A DNA stretch of 64,000 nt from the NCBI GenBank assembly GCA_030704615.1, contig CM060734.1, positions 9,548,001 through 9,612,000 on the forward strand, given 5' to 3'. Under the pieces are notes generated by a model that ran no database searches, had not been told where the DNA came from, and worked only from the letters and a program-made list of their open reading frames with translations. Origin of the DNA: Takakia lepidozioides. Its lineage: Eukaryota; Plantae; Bryophyta. Shown piece by piece: positions 49,891 through 62,400 of this stretch. How positions within the stretch are numbered: position 1 is the first letter of the stretch; each line of letters begins with the position of its first letter. The position numbers and the translations under genes are program-made.

Positions 49891-52800
49891 CTACTCTCTT
49901 ACACCCTCCGAGGAACTTGCCCCACCTTCCTCCTCATCCCCCTCATCCCCCCCATCCTCTGAGCTATGAGATGCATCAGTTCCACTATGCCTCTCAAAAA
50001 TACCGTCCTCTCCTTGGGGGACTGTCCACCTCACCTCCTGGGAATATTCTGCCTCTTCACCCCCACTTTCCTCAGCAGAATCCAAGACAAATCTACGAGC
50101 CTGACGGGCTCTAATAGCTGTTGCCTCCTCCCTCATCTTCATTTTCTTGAGGTTTGCCCCGTCTAAAATCTGCTGTACACGACTAGGTTCGGAAGACCTC
50201 CTAATTGACACCGAAGCAAGTCGGGCAGCATAAGTAGGAAGGATGTAGTCCCTTTCTGGACTCGGCATGAAATCCCCCCTGGCAAAAAAAGGCACGTTCC
50301 TCCTGCCCATAAACTGCGGTGTAGACGTCCCTCCTGCAGTACTTGACATCCTACAGTAAGAACAAATCCACTTCAAGAATGTCAATACCAGCAGAAGCAC
50401 AAAGGGTCTTTCAATGAAATAAGAGAGCGAAGGGAGGTGCCTCACGAAATCAGGAGGCAACTTACAATGCGACCACTCACTCGTAAACCGGGGGCTCCTC
50501 GGCCTCGATCCTAACTTGTACCTCCCCCTGCTCCTTGTCGGATTCTTCCTCATCCTCCGAGGATGTCTCTTCCTCTTTCGGCAGACGTTCAGCCGCTGCA
50601 AGTTCGGAGTTGTGGAGGGCAGTATCTGGCTCGAAGGCGAAGACATGCCTGTCGGACAACGTCCCTGCCCACATTGAAGCACCTGATGGACAAAGCGGGC
50701 AGTTAGTAGCATGCGGCATGCAATTGCAATCGGGCCAGGGGACAAACTGTGCACGTGAAGGCTTACCCGTGCCGCATGTGAGGTCAAGAATCCGCCCTTG
50801 GACATCCGAGCACGTCTCCATGAGGGTTTGGATGAAAGCAGGGCTCTGGGTCCGGCTGTACCGCCACGGTTTGCCTATCTTTGTGTCCTTCGGCATACTG
50901 GAGTGGGGCACATAGTTGTAGAGGACATCGTAGGTAACAGGGTCCACAGCGGCATCAACAAGACGACCGTCGTTGCGGAATTTGAACGTAGACCCTCTCT
51001 TCACAAAACAATATGCCTCAACCACCAATGTCTGCACATCCAACAAAAGAGGGATCAACTCCAGGAGGACCGGGGTGACACTTTTCGGTGTCCACCTTGC
51101 CACAACATTGTCTGTGGTCTTCCCTCTTGTGGCAAGGACCACAATACATCCACCGTCATCCAGGAGCATCCCCGCCAGCCCAAACCCGGCTCTCCAGTAG
51201 TCCTCAGTAAACCTGTTCCGGGTGGGCACACCATCCAGGCCCTCCAGCAGCTCCCCATCTGGAATATCGAGGAGAATCATATCGCAGGCTCTCTCCACCT
51301 CAACCCCCCCCCCCCCCCCCCCCCCCCCCGAGTGCTCTTGCAATCCGTGCTCATAGCCGTGAAGAATTCCATCATGGATTCGAAACCAGGGTTGTCTTTA
51401 GGCTCTGTACTGGGAGCCCTCTTCTTGGCTTTCCCCTTTAGCTCCTCCACATACTTGCTGTATGCCACCTTCTTCGCCCTGGCAGCCAGAGCGTCAAGGA
51501 AGCTCTCATTGACACATTGGATGATGGTTGGGGGTTCTAGCTTTGGCCTCTGCGGAAACGTCACCGCCGAATACCGCCGTGTAGGCTCGCCCTCAAATGC
51601 CAACTTCTTGGCAAAGCAAATCCCAGTCCGAACTGACTTGGGAACCCGGACGACCGGTGACTTAGTAGCAGTAGCAGCAGTCGCAGGACCTTGCACAAAG
51701 TCGTCGTCGGAGTCACTCCCTTGGGGCCCCTCCTGCGCCTCCTCTGGTGCCCCAGTGGTTTTCTGTTTTTTGGGGGTTACTGTACTCCCCTATTTCCGTG
51801 TCCTTTTCTTTTGACCTTTATTCTTCTCATTCAATTTCTCCTGAATACCTGCCTAAGCAAGCTCTGTCGCTTTCCTGGACTTGGCAAGCGCTTTCGCCTC
51901 CTTTGGACCCAGTGGAGGCAGCGGAGCCCGGTTTCGTCGGGCCTCCGCATCCAGCTTCAATTGAAACTCGGATGAGTCGAGCGAGCCGGGCGGAAGGTCC
52001 ACATACCAAGGGCAGTCGCGCAAATGTTCCAGATGCCACTCCTTCACGATAACGTCAGTGTACATGGAGTCAGCCCCAGGGTTCCTCCATGCGAGGAAGA
52101 ATGGCGGCTCGAAGGACAGATGACCTTTCTCCAAAAGGGAGAACTTGCAGTACCTACATTCAAGAAACACACACAGAATGAGGTCCCGGGAACAAGGTAA
52201 ATTTTAGGGAATGAAACTGCAAAACAGACGCGAAAAATGGCGCCGAATTTCCAGTTTCGGTGCCAGCCACCCTAGGGACTGAGCCATTTTTGGGGCCCTG
52301 AACTGGAAATTCGGCGCCATTTTCCCAGATTAGGGCCGAAAAATGGCTAAGTCCCAGAATTGACTGGGGCCGCAACTGGAAAAATGGCGCCAAATTTCCA
52401 GTTTCGGTGCCAGCCACCCCAGGGACTTAGCCATTTTCGGGCCCTAAATTGGAAATTCGGCACCATTTTCCCAGATTGGGGCTGAAAATGGCTAAGTCCT
52501 AGAACTGACTGGGGCCGGAACTGGAAAAATGGTGCCGAATTTGCGGTTTCGGTGCCAGCCACCCAAGGGACTTAGCCATTTTCGGGGCCCTAAACTGGAA
52601 ATTCGGCGCCATTTTCCCAGGTTGGGGCCGAAAATGGCTAAGTCCCAGAACTAATTGTGGCCGGAACTGGAAAAATGGCGCCGAATTTCCAGTTTCGGTG
52701 CCAGACACCCCAATGACTTAGCCATTTTCGGGGCCCTGAATTGGAAATGCGGCGCCATTTTCCCATGTTGGGGCCGAGAATGGCTAAGTCCCAGATCTGA

Positions 52801-55505
52801 CTGGGCCTGCAACTGGAAAAATGGCGCCGAATTTCCAGACTGAGTGCCAGCCACCCCCTGGACAGCCATCCCCCAGGGCCTGAATCCGGAAATTCGGCAC
52901 CATTTTTCCAAGGACTTCTTCACAACTAATTTTCATGCGCCACATAAGACCTCTTAAATCCTCGAAATGTAGGGACTAAAAAGAAAGGCATCGCGTATGT
53001 ACCTGTACAGAAGGCGCATTGCCGCTTTGTCCGCGTTCGGCTGGTCGGTGAACTCGTGGCTCTGGCGGGCATGGGGTATCTCTCGAAAGAATAGGTCGGT
53101 TTTGTAGAGCAGAAAGTACCTCGTCACATAGTCGCGTAGGCTCTCTGCTTCACCAGAAATCTCCAGCTTGAACTGATGTGCTTGTGTGTCAAGCTGCTCT
53201 TGGGCATTCGTCGTCACCTGTGGACATTCTCCATCAGACCGCTTTCCTCAAAAAATACAATAAATCCATCCGATACAAGAGTAGAAGCCCCAAATGAAGC
53301 GTGGGAAAGTACCTGAAACCACCATGTCATGCGGTTCATCCACATGTCGAATGTGGGGTCGGACAGTTTGGAGCCACCGGTTCTGTCCAACCACCCAGCA
53401 TATTAGTAAGCGCCAAACACCACAAAAACGAATTGCTGCCACGACAATTTGGTTAAGAATGTATAACATTTTCTGTTGCATCCACACAGGATGTGGCTAG
53501 ACGATACAGCTTCTCCAATGTCATCATGGGCTTCAGAGCGCGGGAGTAGTGTTTCCCCACCTCCACCAGAAAGTCGGCACCAAGGGCGGGATCAGCTATG
53601 GCCACGTATTTTACCATCCGTGACTTGTACTTTATGCGGGCCTTCGCCTCCGCAGCTTTGAGATACGATTCCAGTGCCAGGAGGGTTAGTTTCTTCTCCT
53701 CTGACTCAATGTAGAACCTCCGCACATGTGCCAAATCCTGCTGAATTTTCGTCTGTCAAGAATGCGCAGATATGAAAAGAAATCCTGGTCAACACTTTTT
53801 CTTCTATTGGGGGAGGAGAGACAGATAAGCTGAACAAAACAGTCAGGAGCTTTACCCGAAATATGTAGTCCACCATGGCGTCCATGCTCAGCCTATACTA
53901 GGTTCTGTCTGCCTTTGCCTCCGACTTGCGCAGCAGGTCGGCACTGAGCGAATTGGCAAACTCTTGCACCCCCTGCTTCCCGATATCCTTCACTCGGAAG
54001 AGCATATGGGACAAGTTGGTGGCAATGAAGGCATTCTCAGTCACCCTGCAATGCCACATTTCTATTAAACAATACAGAAATGAGAATTTCCAACAAATAT
54101 GACGATTGGCAATGAAATGACTGTTTCAAATTCAAAGTTCCAAAGCAAGAGGCATTGTAACTTACGAGTTGATGTCTGCCATTGCCGCTTTGAGAAGACT
54201 GCGATCTTTGGGCCCCGCAACCTTGAGCACAACACACTCCACGACGAAATGTCAATCCAGGTCATTGGGGTGGGCTTGGGCTATGTACTCCATCCATGCC
54301 AGGAGGCGATGATTGCCGTCCCACACGTAAAACATCTTTCCGGACAAGTGCTGGAAAAGAGGATCAGTGGCAATCAATCTCTCGAACTCCTCATTTCACC
54401 TTTGCCAATGGGGACCCCATTTGTCCACCTCATCGGAAGTGTGGGCACGAGAAGCTCCGTGGTTGTTCTCCATGGAAACGTAAAACGCGGCAGACCCCAT
54501 TCGATATCCCTCCCGGAAAGAGAATTTCAGCTTGTCGATATCGCCTGGGAGGGCAGGTCTCACCACCTGCAATGAAACCAAGCGGCAAAGGGGAATCCGA
54601 AGCTTGGCCGGGTACACCATGCCCCCCAGGACCCTGCCAATGTTGCTGTGGGTTGCCTCCAACATCAGCGGCCAACTTCATATCCACCTCCGACATGACG
54701 TTTGTTGCAGGGGGGGTTCTCCGGCAGCCCACCCGGACCACCAAATCCAGCCTGTATGCTCCAGGTTTGGGGCCTGGGGATGTCCGGGAGGATGTCATCC
54801 TGGTCAGAAAGCTCCCTCTCGTCGTCCTCAACATGGTCAACCACCGCCGGAACCACCTCGAGCACTCTCCCCGTCTCTACTGCCCTCTCCCCGGCTTCAC
54901 CTCAAACTTCCACAATCCGTGCTCTTTGTGGTGTTCTTTCCCCTCCTCCAGTCTCCACCGTATGGGTAATTTGGTGGGCTGCTCCCACCCGCGATGGTGT
55001 AACCGGTGTGTTACTGCCTATTTGTGGTGTCTTGGAGGGATCCACCGTCTCTGTGCATCCCTCGCTTACATGGGCATCTGTCATTTCGACACCCCTGGCC
55101 TCTTCAGTGGCCTTTTCTCTTGCCTCCTGGCTAGCCTTCTGTCTCGCCTGTTCTTTTGCCATCTCTTTTGCCCTCTCACGAGCCTTCTGTTTCTTACTAG
55201 GGGTAGCAGCAGGGGAGGCCTCCAAGATGACCACCTTTGATTGAGGTGAACTGACACCCTCGCACGCCCTGCTCACTCCCCCCTCCGCAGCCCATGACGG
55301 CTCTCTCGCTGGGGATTGCATGTGCTTGGCTTTCTTCTTCTTCTTTGCGTGGGCGGGCCCCTATTGCATGTGCATCAACTTCCTCCATTGCCGGATCTGC
55401 TGTCCTCATCCGACGCCCTTCACCTGCCATGCCGCCTGCACCAACCTCCCCAATGCCTATTCTGTCGTACTCTGGGCGATCCAAACATGCGATGAGTAGC
55501 GGCAT
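49891..55505 (-). pseudogene. Spliced cargo gene: ParB/Srx-like domain plus beta-class N4C/N6A DNA methyltransferase-like domain
   Basis: FYVWDGNHRLLAW at ~54294-54332 and DMILLDIPD at 51257-51283. After removing the GT-AG intron 50683-50766 the sequence reads PAFIQTLMETCSDVQGRILDLTCGTGASMWAGTLSDRHVFAFEPD. Other GT-AG introns lie at ~54046-54165 and 50351-50481. Stops at 54902, 54396 and 54252; poly-G frameshift at 51304-51329. Confidence 0.72.
52233..52910. repeat. 146-bp tandem repeat x ~4.6 within the cargo gene
   Basis: AAAAATGGCGCCGAATTTCC at ~52233, 52380, 52525, 52671 and 52817. Each unit also has the inverted copy GGAAATTCGGCGCCATTTT. Confidence 0.92.
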
Positions 55506-56877
55506 TTGGAGTGACTGCTCGAGCAGTTGGAGCTGTCAATGATACCACCAGCGTGTCGGGCTCTTCATCACTCTGTCATCCCCAACAATCGTGAGAACCA
55601 ACATCGCAATGAAAACCACCATCGCAACGAGCATCGCAACCACCATCGCAACAATCGTGGAACAACAATGAAAACAAACCCAAGTAATCCTTAAGAATCA
55701 CATGCAGAAGTAGCCTTTTCCAGAGCTGCCGGATTTGCACACGCATTGCAAACTAAGGTTCACTCAACCAGTAACTTGCTGAAATCAACATGAAAATTTA
55801 AGAACGATTTTGATAAGACGGGAAAAGAGGGTGAAATGTTTTGAAGGCACTTCATCTGCCCAGACAATCTTCTCAGCTCAGCATGGATTTCCTTAATTCT
55901 GGGATGCAACCCGTCATCTACAGCGAAGGTGTGCACCCTGTTGCAAATCTCAATGCAGCAACGACTTGGCTCTAAACCCTATGACCTTCATCATTCTTCT
56001 CACCAACTCCTGCTTTTGCAACGACCTGGCTCCTTTCTAACCCCTCTGACCTTGATCATTCATCTCACCAACTTGTGCTTTTGCGATGCAACCATGCACT
56101 TCCAGGGCTGCCAGGCTGAAGATGCCAAAACAAACAAACAAAAAGCGAGGCAGACCGCACATGTTACACAAAGCGAAAGAGGAAGGGGCTTGCCTGAGAG
56201 TGCTCGGCTTCAGTTGGCGCGGGCTGTGAGCTAGACAATGGGATCTCCTGCTAGAGCTTCAGTTTGGCCATGCGAGAGGTTGGACGCCGCCCGTAGTACA
56301 AAGCCTTCAGCTTCCGCCGCGGTCTGGGTGTAGGGTTTCTCTCAGGAGAGCCACGCCCTTCTCCACGCGGCATAAGTCCCAACAAAAGAAAAAAATCTCC
56401 CGAGGTATGCATGCATACATGCCTCGAATGGAACTTCATCCAAGCGTCACATCAGGTGTCGAAGGCGTATCCGGAAAGCAAGCGCGGAATCCTTGTGGAA
56501 CATCCGGTTCAAAACCGACGGCGGAGAACATTTAATGCGCAATTGCGCCATTAAATGTCGTAGGTATGGAGGTCGGCCACAGGCGCTGACAGGCCCACCC
56601 TCCCCCCGAGACTTCATCAGTCGCCCGCTGGATGGAAAAAACAGCGCCAAATTTCCATCCACCGGATGAAGTAGGACGCAACGTGGCCCTCCCTCCGCCC
56701 GAGCCGTTCTCATCCACGAGACGCCGGATGGAAAAGTCCATCCTGCAGGTAATTCGGAGCGAATTTCCATCCTGCAAGCAAAAAATTCCAAGTTTAGTGT
56801 GTAACCAGTCAAAAAAATGCGAAAAACTTGATGCAACGACTAAAAATTGTTGAAGAAGGGCCGATACGGGCGTCTGT

Positions 56878-57395
56878 GGATGGAAATTCGGCGCCGTTTT
56901 TCCATCCGGGGGATGTTCTCTGTCGGCCAGGGGTCGGCCTCTCCCCCCGAGACGACTCCATCCAACGGGCCTCGGATGGAAATTCGGCGCCGTTTTTCCA
57001 TCCGGGGGATGTTCTCTGTCGGCCAGGTGTCGGCCTCTCCCCCTAAGACGACTTCATCCAACAGGCTCGGATGGAAATTCGGCGCCGTTTTTCCATCCGG
57101 GGGATGTTCTCTGTCGGCCAGGTGTCGGCCTCTCCCCCTGAGATGACTTCATCCAACGGGCCTCAGTTGGAAATTCGGCGCCGTTTTTCCATCCGGAGAA
57201 TAATCTTTGTCGGCCAGGTGACCGCCTCTCCCCCCGATACGACTTCATCCGGCTGGCCTCGGATGGAAATTCGGTGCCGTTTTTCCTTCCGGATGCTGAT
57301 CTCTGTCGGCCTGGTGTCGCCTCTCCCCCCGAGACGACTTCATCTGAACGGCCTCGGATGGAAATTCGGCGCCGTTTTTCCATCCGGATGATGTT
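56878..57395. repeat. ~96-bp tandem repeat x ~5.4 in the intergenic region of the MULE
   Basis: GGATGGAAATTCGGCGCCGTTTTTCCATCC hairpin-forming core at about 96-bp spacing, six copies. Confidence 0.92.
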
Positions 57396-57655
57396 CTCTG
57401 GCAGGCACGTGGGGCCGTCACCCTCCGATTTGACGCCATGTCGAATTAAATGTTGCCCCTCATTCCTGGGTACGGTTATATTAAATGTTGCTCTTTCCTT
57501 TGCCACTTGCCCGACCTTCGCTCGTGACACACGTGTTTCAAACCGAGACAGCAACAACACTTCCTCACTCCGAGCTCCTCTCACTTTAGCTTCCCCACAC
57601 TCCCCCCTCCCTGCGCACCCTGTCTTCTTCCTGGCAGCCCTTTCAATAGTCGGCG

Positions 57656-58223
57656 ATGGCGTGCTGGGATCCTAGCAACTGCCCAAACAAGCATCTCATC
57701 CCGTGGGACTTCTCGCCCAAGTCAGGGGATATTTTCATATACCTGCAGGATTGGATAGACCACTCTCAGCTGAGGAGGGTGCACCTGTCCGCTCTTGAGT
57801 ACATTCCTGGCTTCCACGATCAGCCTCTCGGGGACGGGCTTACGCGGCTTTGGTGCCAGCGAATCGTTGATCTGCAGTATCCGCCTGCATGGAACATCCG
57901 CAAAAGCCGCATGGCCTTACTACATCATTGGAGGTGCTGCCAGTGTGCCTACGAGGATTGCATCGGGTGTACGTACATGCCAGAGAGGATTCCATCGCAA
58001 ACAGTGTATGGGGACTTCCTTCATAAGCTACGAGGATGAGTCCTATGGACACAGTCTCTCCACAGCAAAGATCTCGATTTACGATGGTGCATATATCAGA
58101 GGACATGACACCGTTGTCCACTACACCAAAGGTGAACGGGCTGCATCCATTGTCTTCACCTACCGACACCCTGTCAGTCATGAGCTTGTTGAGAGGCCAA
58201 TCGAGGTTCCAGCTTCTTGGTGA
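57656..58223 (+). pseudogene. Unknown MULE-internal ORF or upstream transposase exon (frameshifted)
   Basis: ORFs 57656-58039 and 57795-58223 overlap; the 3' part is conserved in the copy at 18994-19352. Confidence 0.4.
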
Positions 58224-59140
58224 GGATAGTGCAACACGGGAAAAAATTCCCAACTTACCTGAGCATGGATGACATCCATACTTTTGGCTTCCCTCGGCTT
58301 GTGAGGGCATGCATACTTGTCATAGTTCATTATTAATAAAAATGCCTCCTTTGAACCAAAGTTCGACTTTTTGTGCAATGTTGTATTTTGTTGTATGTTG
58401 ACTTTTGGCAGCGAGGGTCTGGCACTCAATCTTGTAATCAGACCCACTGGAATGCCACCTCTGTCAGTTCCCTCTGTCCATGGGGAAGGTGCTTGCACGC
58501 TCGCCCCCCCCACGCTTCTTGTCAGACGCCGTAATGATTGGTTTGCGCAGCGCATCTGCACAGGTCATATACCTTCTGACTGCATACCGTTGGCAGTTAT
58601 TGCGCAAAGGCCAGGGGCGCATTCCGCAGACAAGGTTCATTAACTCTCTGATAGTGGATTTTCGAGAGAGTGGGCTCCCCGGATTCATGAATAGGCTTCG
58701 TCGCTCGAAAAAATCGGCCCTGCATTCCTTCCCCTCGCTGCATCCCCCTTCTCCCAGGGCGCTTCTCCAAACGCCGTCCTGGCACTCTTGTGTACACATC
58801 TCCCGGCAGAAAAAACCCGAGCGCTATAGTGTACTGCCCTCCTCACGAGCATAGAGCTACATTTCCGTGCAGAGGGGACATCTGCCGGGTGATGGAGAAA
58901 TATCTCTGCGTTCGATACCACCTGAAACCGGGGTCGGTATTTTTGGAGGAGGAAAGGAAGGATTCAAACGGAGTTGTAGTCGAAAGTATTGTTGTGCTCC
59001 ACGATGATTTCGGCGATGGCAGGGAATGGCGAGTTTAACCATCGGACAACGTCATATACAGGGCTGTTGGGGACTTCATTTGCCCGCCAAATGCGCCTTC
59101 TATCCTGGCGCCTTCCACGAAACAATCCGCGAATCAGAGA

Positions 59141-62100
59141 GTGGGCACCTCAAAGCTAGAAGTCCGCAACAAAGTAAATCCAGAGCCGAACCCATCAATG
59201 AAGATGAGCGAGAACCGGGTTGTTCACAACCTGTCCGACTCCGACGAGGTCATGGAAGTTCCGAGATCATCCTGGAGATCAGGCAAGTCCTCAATGGATA
59301 TCAGCGGACGAGGGAGTCATATTCCCAGCACGAACACAATAGTTCGATCCATTCTTGAAATTTTGCGAGGGCTTCACATGAAGGGACACCGCTCGGAGCT
59401 AGCTGGGCTGGACTACAACAAGTTTTCCATTAAATCCGTTACATGCCTTCCCGCAGACGTCGACGGTAATATGTTCTTTGAGTTCCCTCCTCGAACGGAC
59501 TATTCGAGGGCGTCCGGAATGTTGACAGATATGGATAGGAAACATGACGGTCATCCTTGGTGTGTCACCAAAACCACCAGCATGAATATGCTCGATGGTG
59601 TGCGGGTGCGTTGCGGTGTTTCTCCCCGACTTACTTCCACTTTAAATCCAGAGGTCACAGGAACGAGACGGATTGGACATGCACAGCTCATCAACCATTT
59701 CGAGCTCAGGAGAAGGTTCCAAACTCCACATTTAAATGTGCGCATTGCAAAGAATCACCGCATTGCATGTCTGTTTGTAATGCCAAGCAGTTCTATGTGT
59801 TGCACCGTTTCCCTGACCTCACACGAGCTTGCATACACGTTGGTTCCCATTGTCACAAATTGGCGAGGGGGAACTTGCGGGAGGCTGGCCATGAGGCAGA
59901 GCAGCTCGTTCAGGAGGAGGTTAAGTTGAGATCTGGTGCCAAACCCAAACAGATACAACTGCAGGCCGCCCATAAGATGGCATTGGCCAGAATTATGTCG
60001 GAAGACGGCTCCGACAAAGTTCCTCTTGATGAGAAGGAAATGGAGGCATTGTTGGAGTCAGTGTCCCACGTCTGTTCACCAAATGTCCGAAACCACATTG
60101 TCTCCTGCAAACAGAAAATTGGGCGTGGCTCGGATATGCACTCCATTTTGGAGGTGAAGCGACGATGTGGATATGACTACATTCATGGAAGTAGGTTTCC
60201 TAGACAAGGGACTGAGGCATATCATTGTTTCGTATTCAAAATGTCCACGTGTGGGCCTGGCAGCGGCGTCGAACTGGTCCACCGGATGACGAGTGGGGAC
60301 TTGTCAAATAGTTGGGTCATGTTCGACCATATCAAGCGAATTACAAATCACCAGTGGGTGACAATGGCTGCACATGTCTACGACACCAACTACAGGATGC
60401 TAATGACAATTGCTATTTGTGAGATGAAAAGAGAGGACACACAATCGGAGATGCTTCTTTGGCAGGGAATAAACGAACAGATGGCCAGGGCGGGATTGCC
60501 CCTTCCCAATTTCCGTGGTTTCATGGCGGACAACGCACAAGCAAATTGGGCTGCCATCCGAAGGGTGTACGAGGAAGACCCCAATGTTCCGATGGAAGGC
60601 AAGGAGAGATCTTGTGGGTTCCATTTTCTGCAGAGCTTGTCGCAGTACACAACCCGGCTCATGGCGCCAGATTTCAGAGAGGAGCACCGTTCCATGTGTC
60701 TTGCATGGAAGCGTGTTCCCACCTTGGATGATGCAGAGACACAGTTTGCATGTATATGGGCTTGGTGGACAACGTTAGGTGCTGTAAAGAAATCAGACGA
60801 GGGAGCAATGGTCAGTTGGCTAGCATGGTGGCATTATCGTTTCCTCCAATTCGGCGACTATATGCGGGAGGTGAGTTGGACGAATTCACGTCCCGTTCAA
60901 TATTATGCTAGTCATTATTTGTAACTTGCTTGTAACCTCAACATGTGCATGTGCAGGAAATGTGTCTGGACTCCGACACCGACATGCCGACAACAAACAT
61001 GGCCGAATCAGTACATTCTTCCTGGCGTGCCTCCTCTGTGGCACATCTGGTGGACATCCTCACTGCCACAACGGAGGACATTGTGAGGTCAATTATGCAG
61101 CAATGCAGGTACAACGAGTTCTTGAAAGGGAAACAGTGGGGCTTGGGGCCGGACAGGCAGGAAATGCTGATGCGGGCTGTCTCCAGATCGAAGAATCCTC
61201 GCAAGTGGGCGGCAGCCTTGCGAGAGGGCCTTTGGGACACGCCATTGCTTCAAAGAGGCCAACACTTGGAAGGAGATGTTCACACCCGTCCAGTGAGACG
61301 AAGACTTGACGAGGCACCTGGCGGAGAAGAGGATTCATGACGATCTGACAAGAATATTCACACGCTCCCTCGTGGTCCCGTGATGTTGCCCGAGGAGGTC
61401 TCGTCGAGCACCGCAAGTCCTGCACGTTCAAGATTGCCATCTCCTTTGAGCACAGGGCACGTGTCCGAGGAACATAACGAGCCATCTGTAGTAATGCAAT
61501 ACAACATACCCATTGTGGAGACAAGAATGTCGGAGTCACAGTGGAGAATTGCAAGGACATTGCCGACATTTCGAGGGAAGTGTTGCGCCATCCGGGTGGA
61601 TACGAGAGCACGTTGTGGTGAGATGATTCGGAGGAACCCACACGGTGTTGTACCTGCACCTTGTTTCAGCGGCAAATTTTTTACTCCCACATTCTCTCAC
61701 GCCACAACGCGGACGTTTTGGTTCTGTAGGCACGACAAAATGACCTATGTATTTGGCAAGCTTAAGTACGGGATTCAGGGAATGCCGGAGCCTCTGGGCG
61801 TCTGGCCTGTTGCACCGGGTTACAACCTCTCTCAGAATGAGGCGGATGCTCTTTCTGCAGCAGGATTTCGAATGGTGCAACTCACAGACGTCCCGGCCCA
61901 CTCGTTTCCAGTTCTTCAGATCCAGCCATTGCAGACTGCTCGGTCCAGTAGAACGGATTGGACAATTCTGCACATCCCACAATGTGATTTGGAAGAGTGA
62001 AGAGACGACACTCTCCCAACAAGTTGAATGAGACTCGGATTGCCAATGCTCTTGGGATGGCTTGCACTATTCAGAGCTCCGTGGACGTACCCCCACCCGG

Positions 62101-62400
62101 CCTTGGGCGTGTTTATCGGATGGCAACGGCCGGCTCAGCTGTACGCGACGACGTATACACAATTACGATTGGAGTGGAGCCGACTTGCAATTGTACGGAC
62201 TTCTCGTTGATGGAAGCAAAGAAGGGATCAAAGTAGTATCCGTGCAAGCATCTGTATTACATTTACCTGAAGAGGTTGAGGATGAACTTGACTATTGATG
62301 ACTTTATTCATGCACCAGCGTTGAGCGTGAACGAGCTGCACAAACTCCTCTGCCGGGATTCCAGAAATCATTGATGGGGCAAAGGGAATCCACCATATGG
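59141..62400 (+). pseudogene. MULE transposase with N-terminal Cys/His-rich domain and C-terminal SWIM finger
   Basis: WVMFDHIKR (D), FMADNA (D), CGFH (CxxH), TTNMAESVH (E); intron 60871-60956; SWIM YTITIGVEPTCNCTDF...*YPCKHLYY. A 16-bp deletion near 59610 and stops at 61338 and 62234 disrupt it. Confidence 0.88.

Noticed and set aside
50798-51814. 338-aa plus-strand ORF
   Set aside because: Antisense shadow of the methyltransferase-like exon; no recognisable motifs.
54296-55240. 314-aa plus-strand ORF
   Set aside because: Antisense to the ParB-like cargo exon; the splice signals and motifs are on the minus strand.
49891-55505. Bacterial contamination as the source of the ParB/MTase-like gene
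   Set aside because: It has GT-AG introns and lies inside a TSD-flanked MULE whose relatives are interleaved with plant retroelements.
56878-57395. CRISPR-like array (30-bp palindromic repeat at regular spacing)
   Set aside because: The intervening sequences are near-identical rather than unique spacers, no cas genes are present and the context is eukaryotic. It is a tandem repeat.
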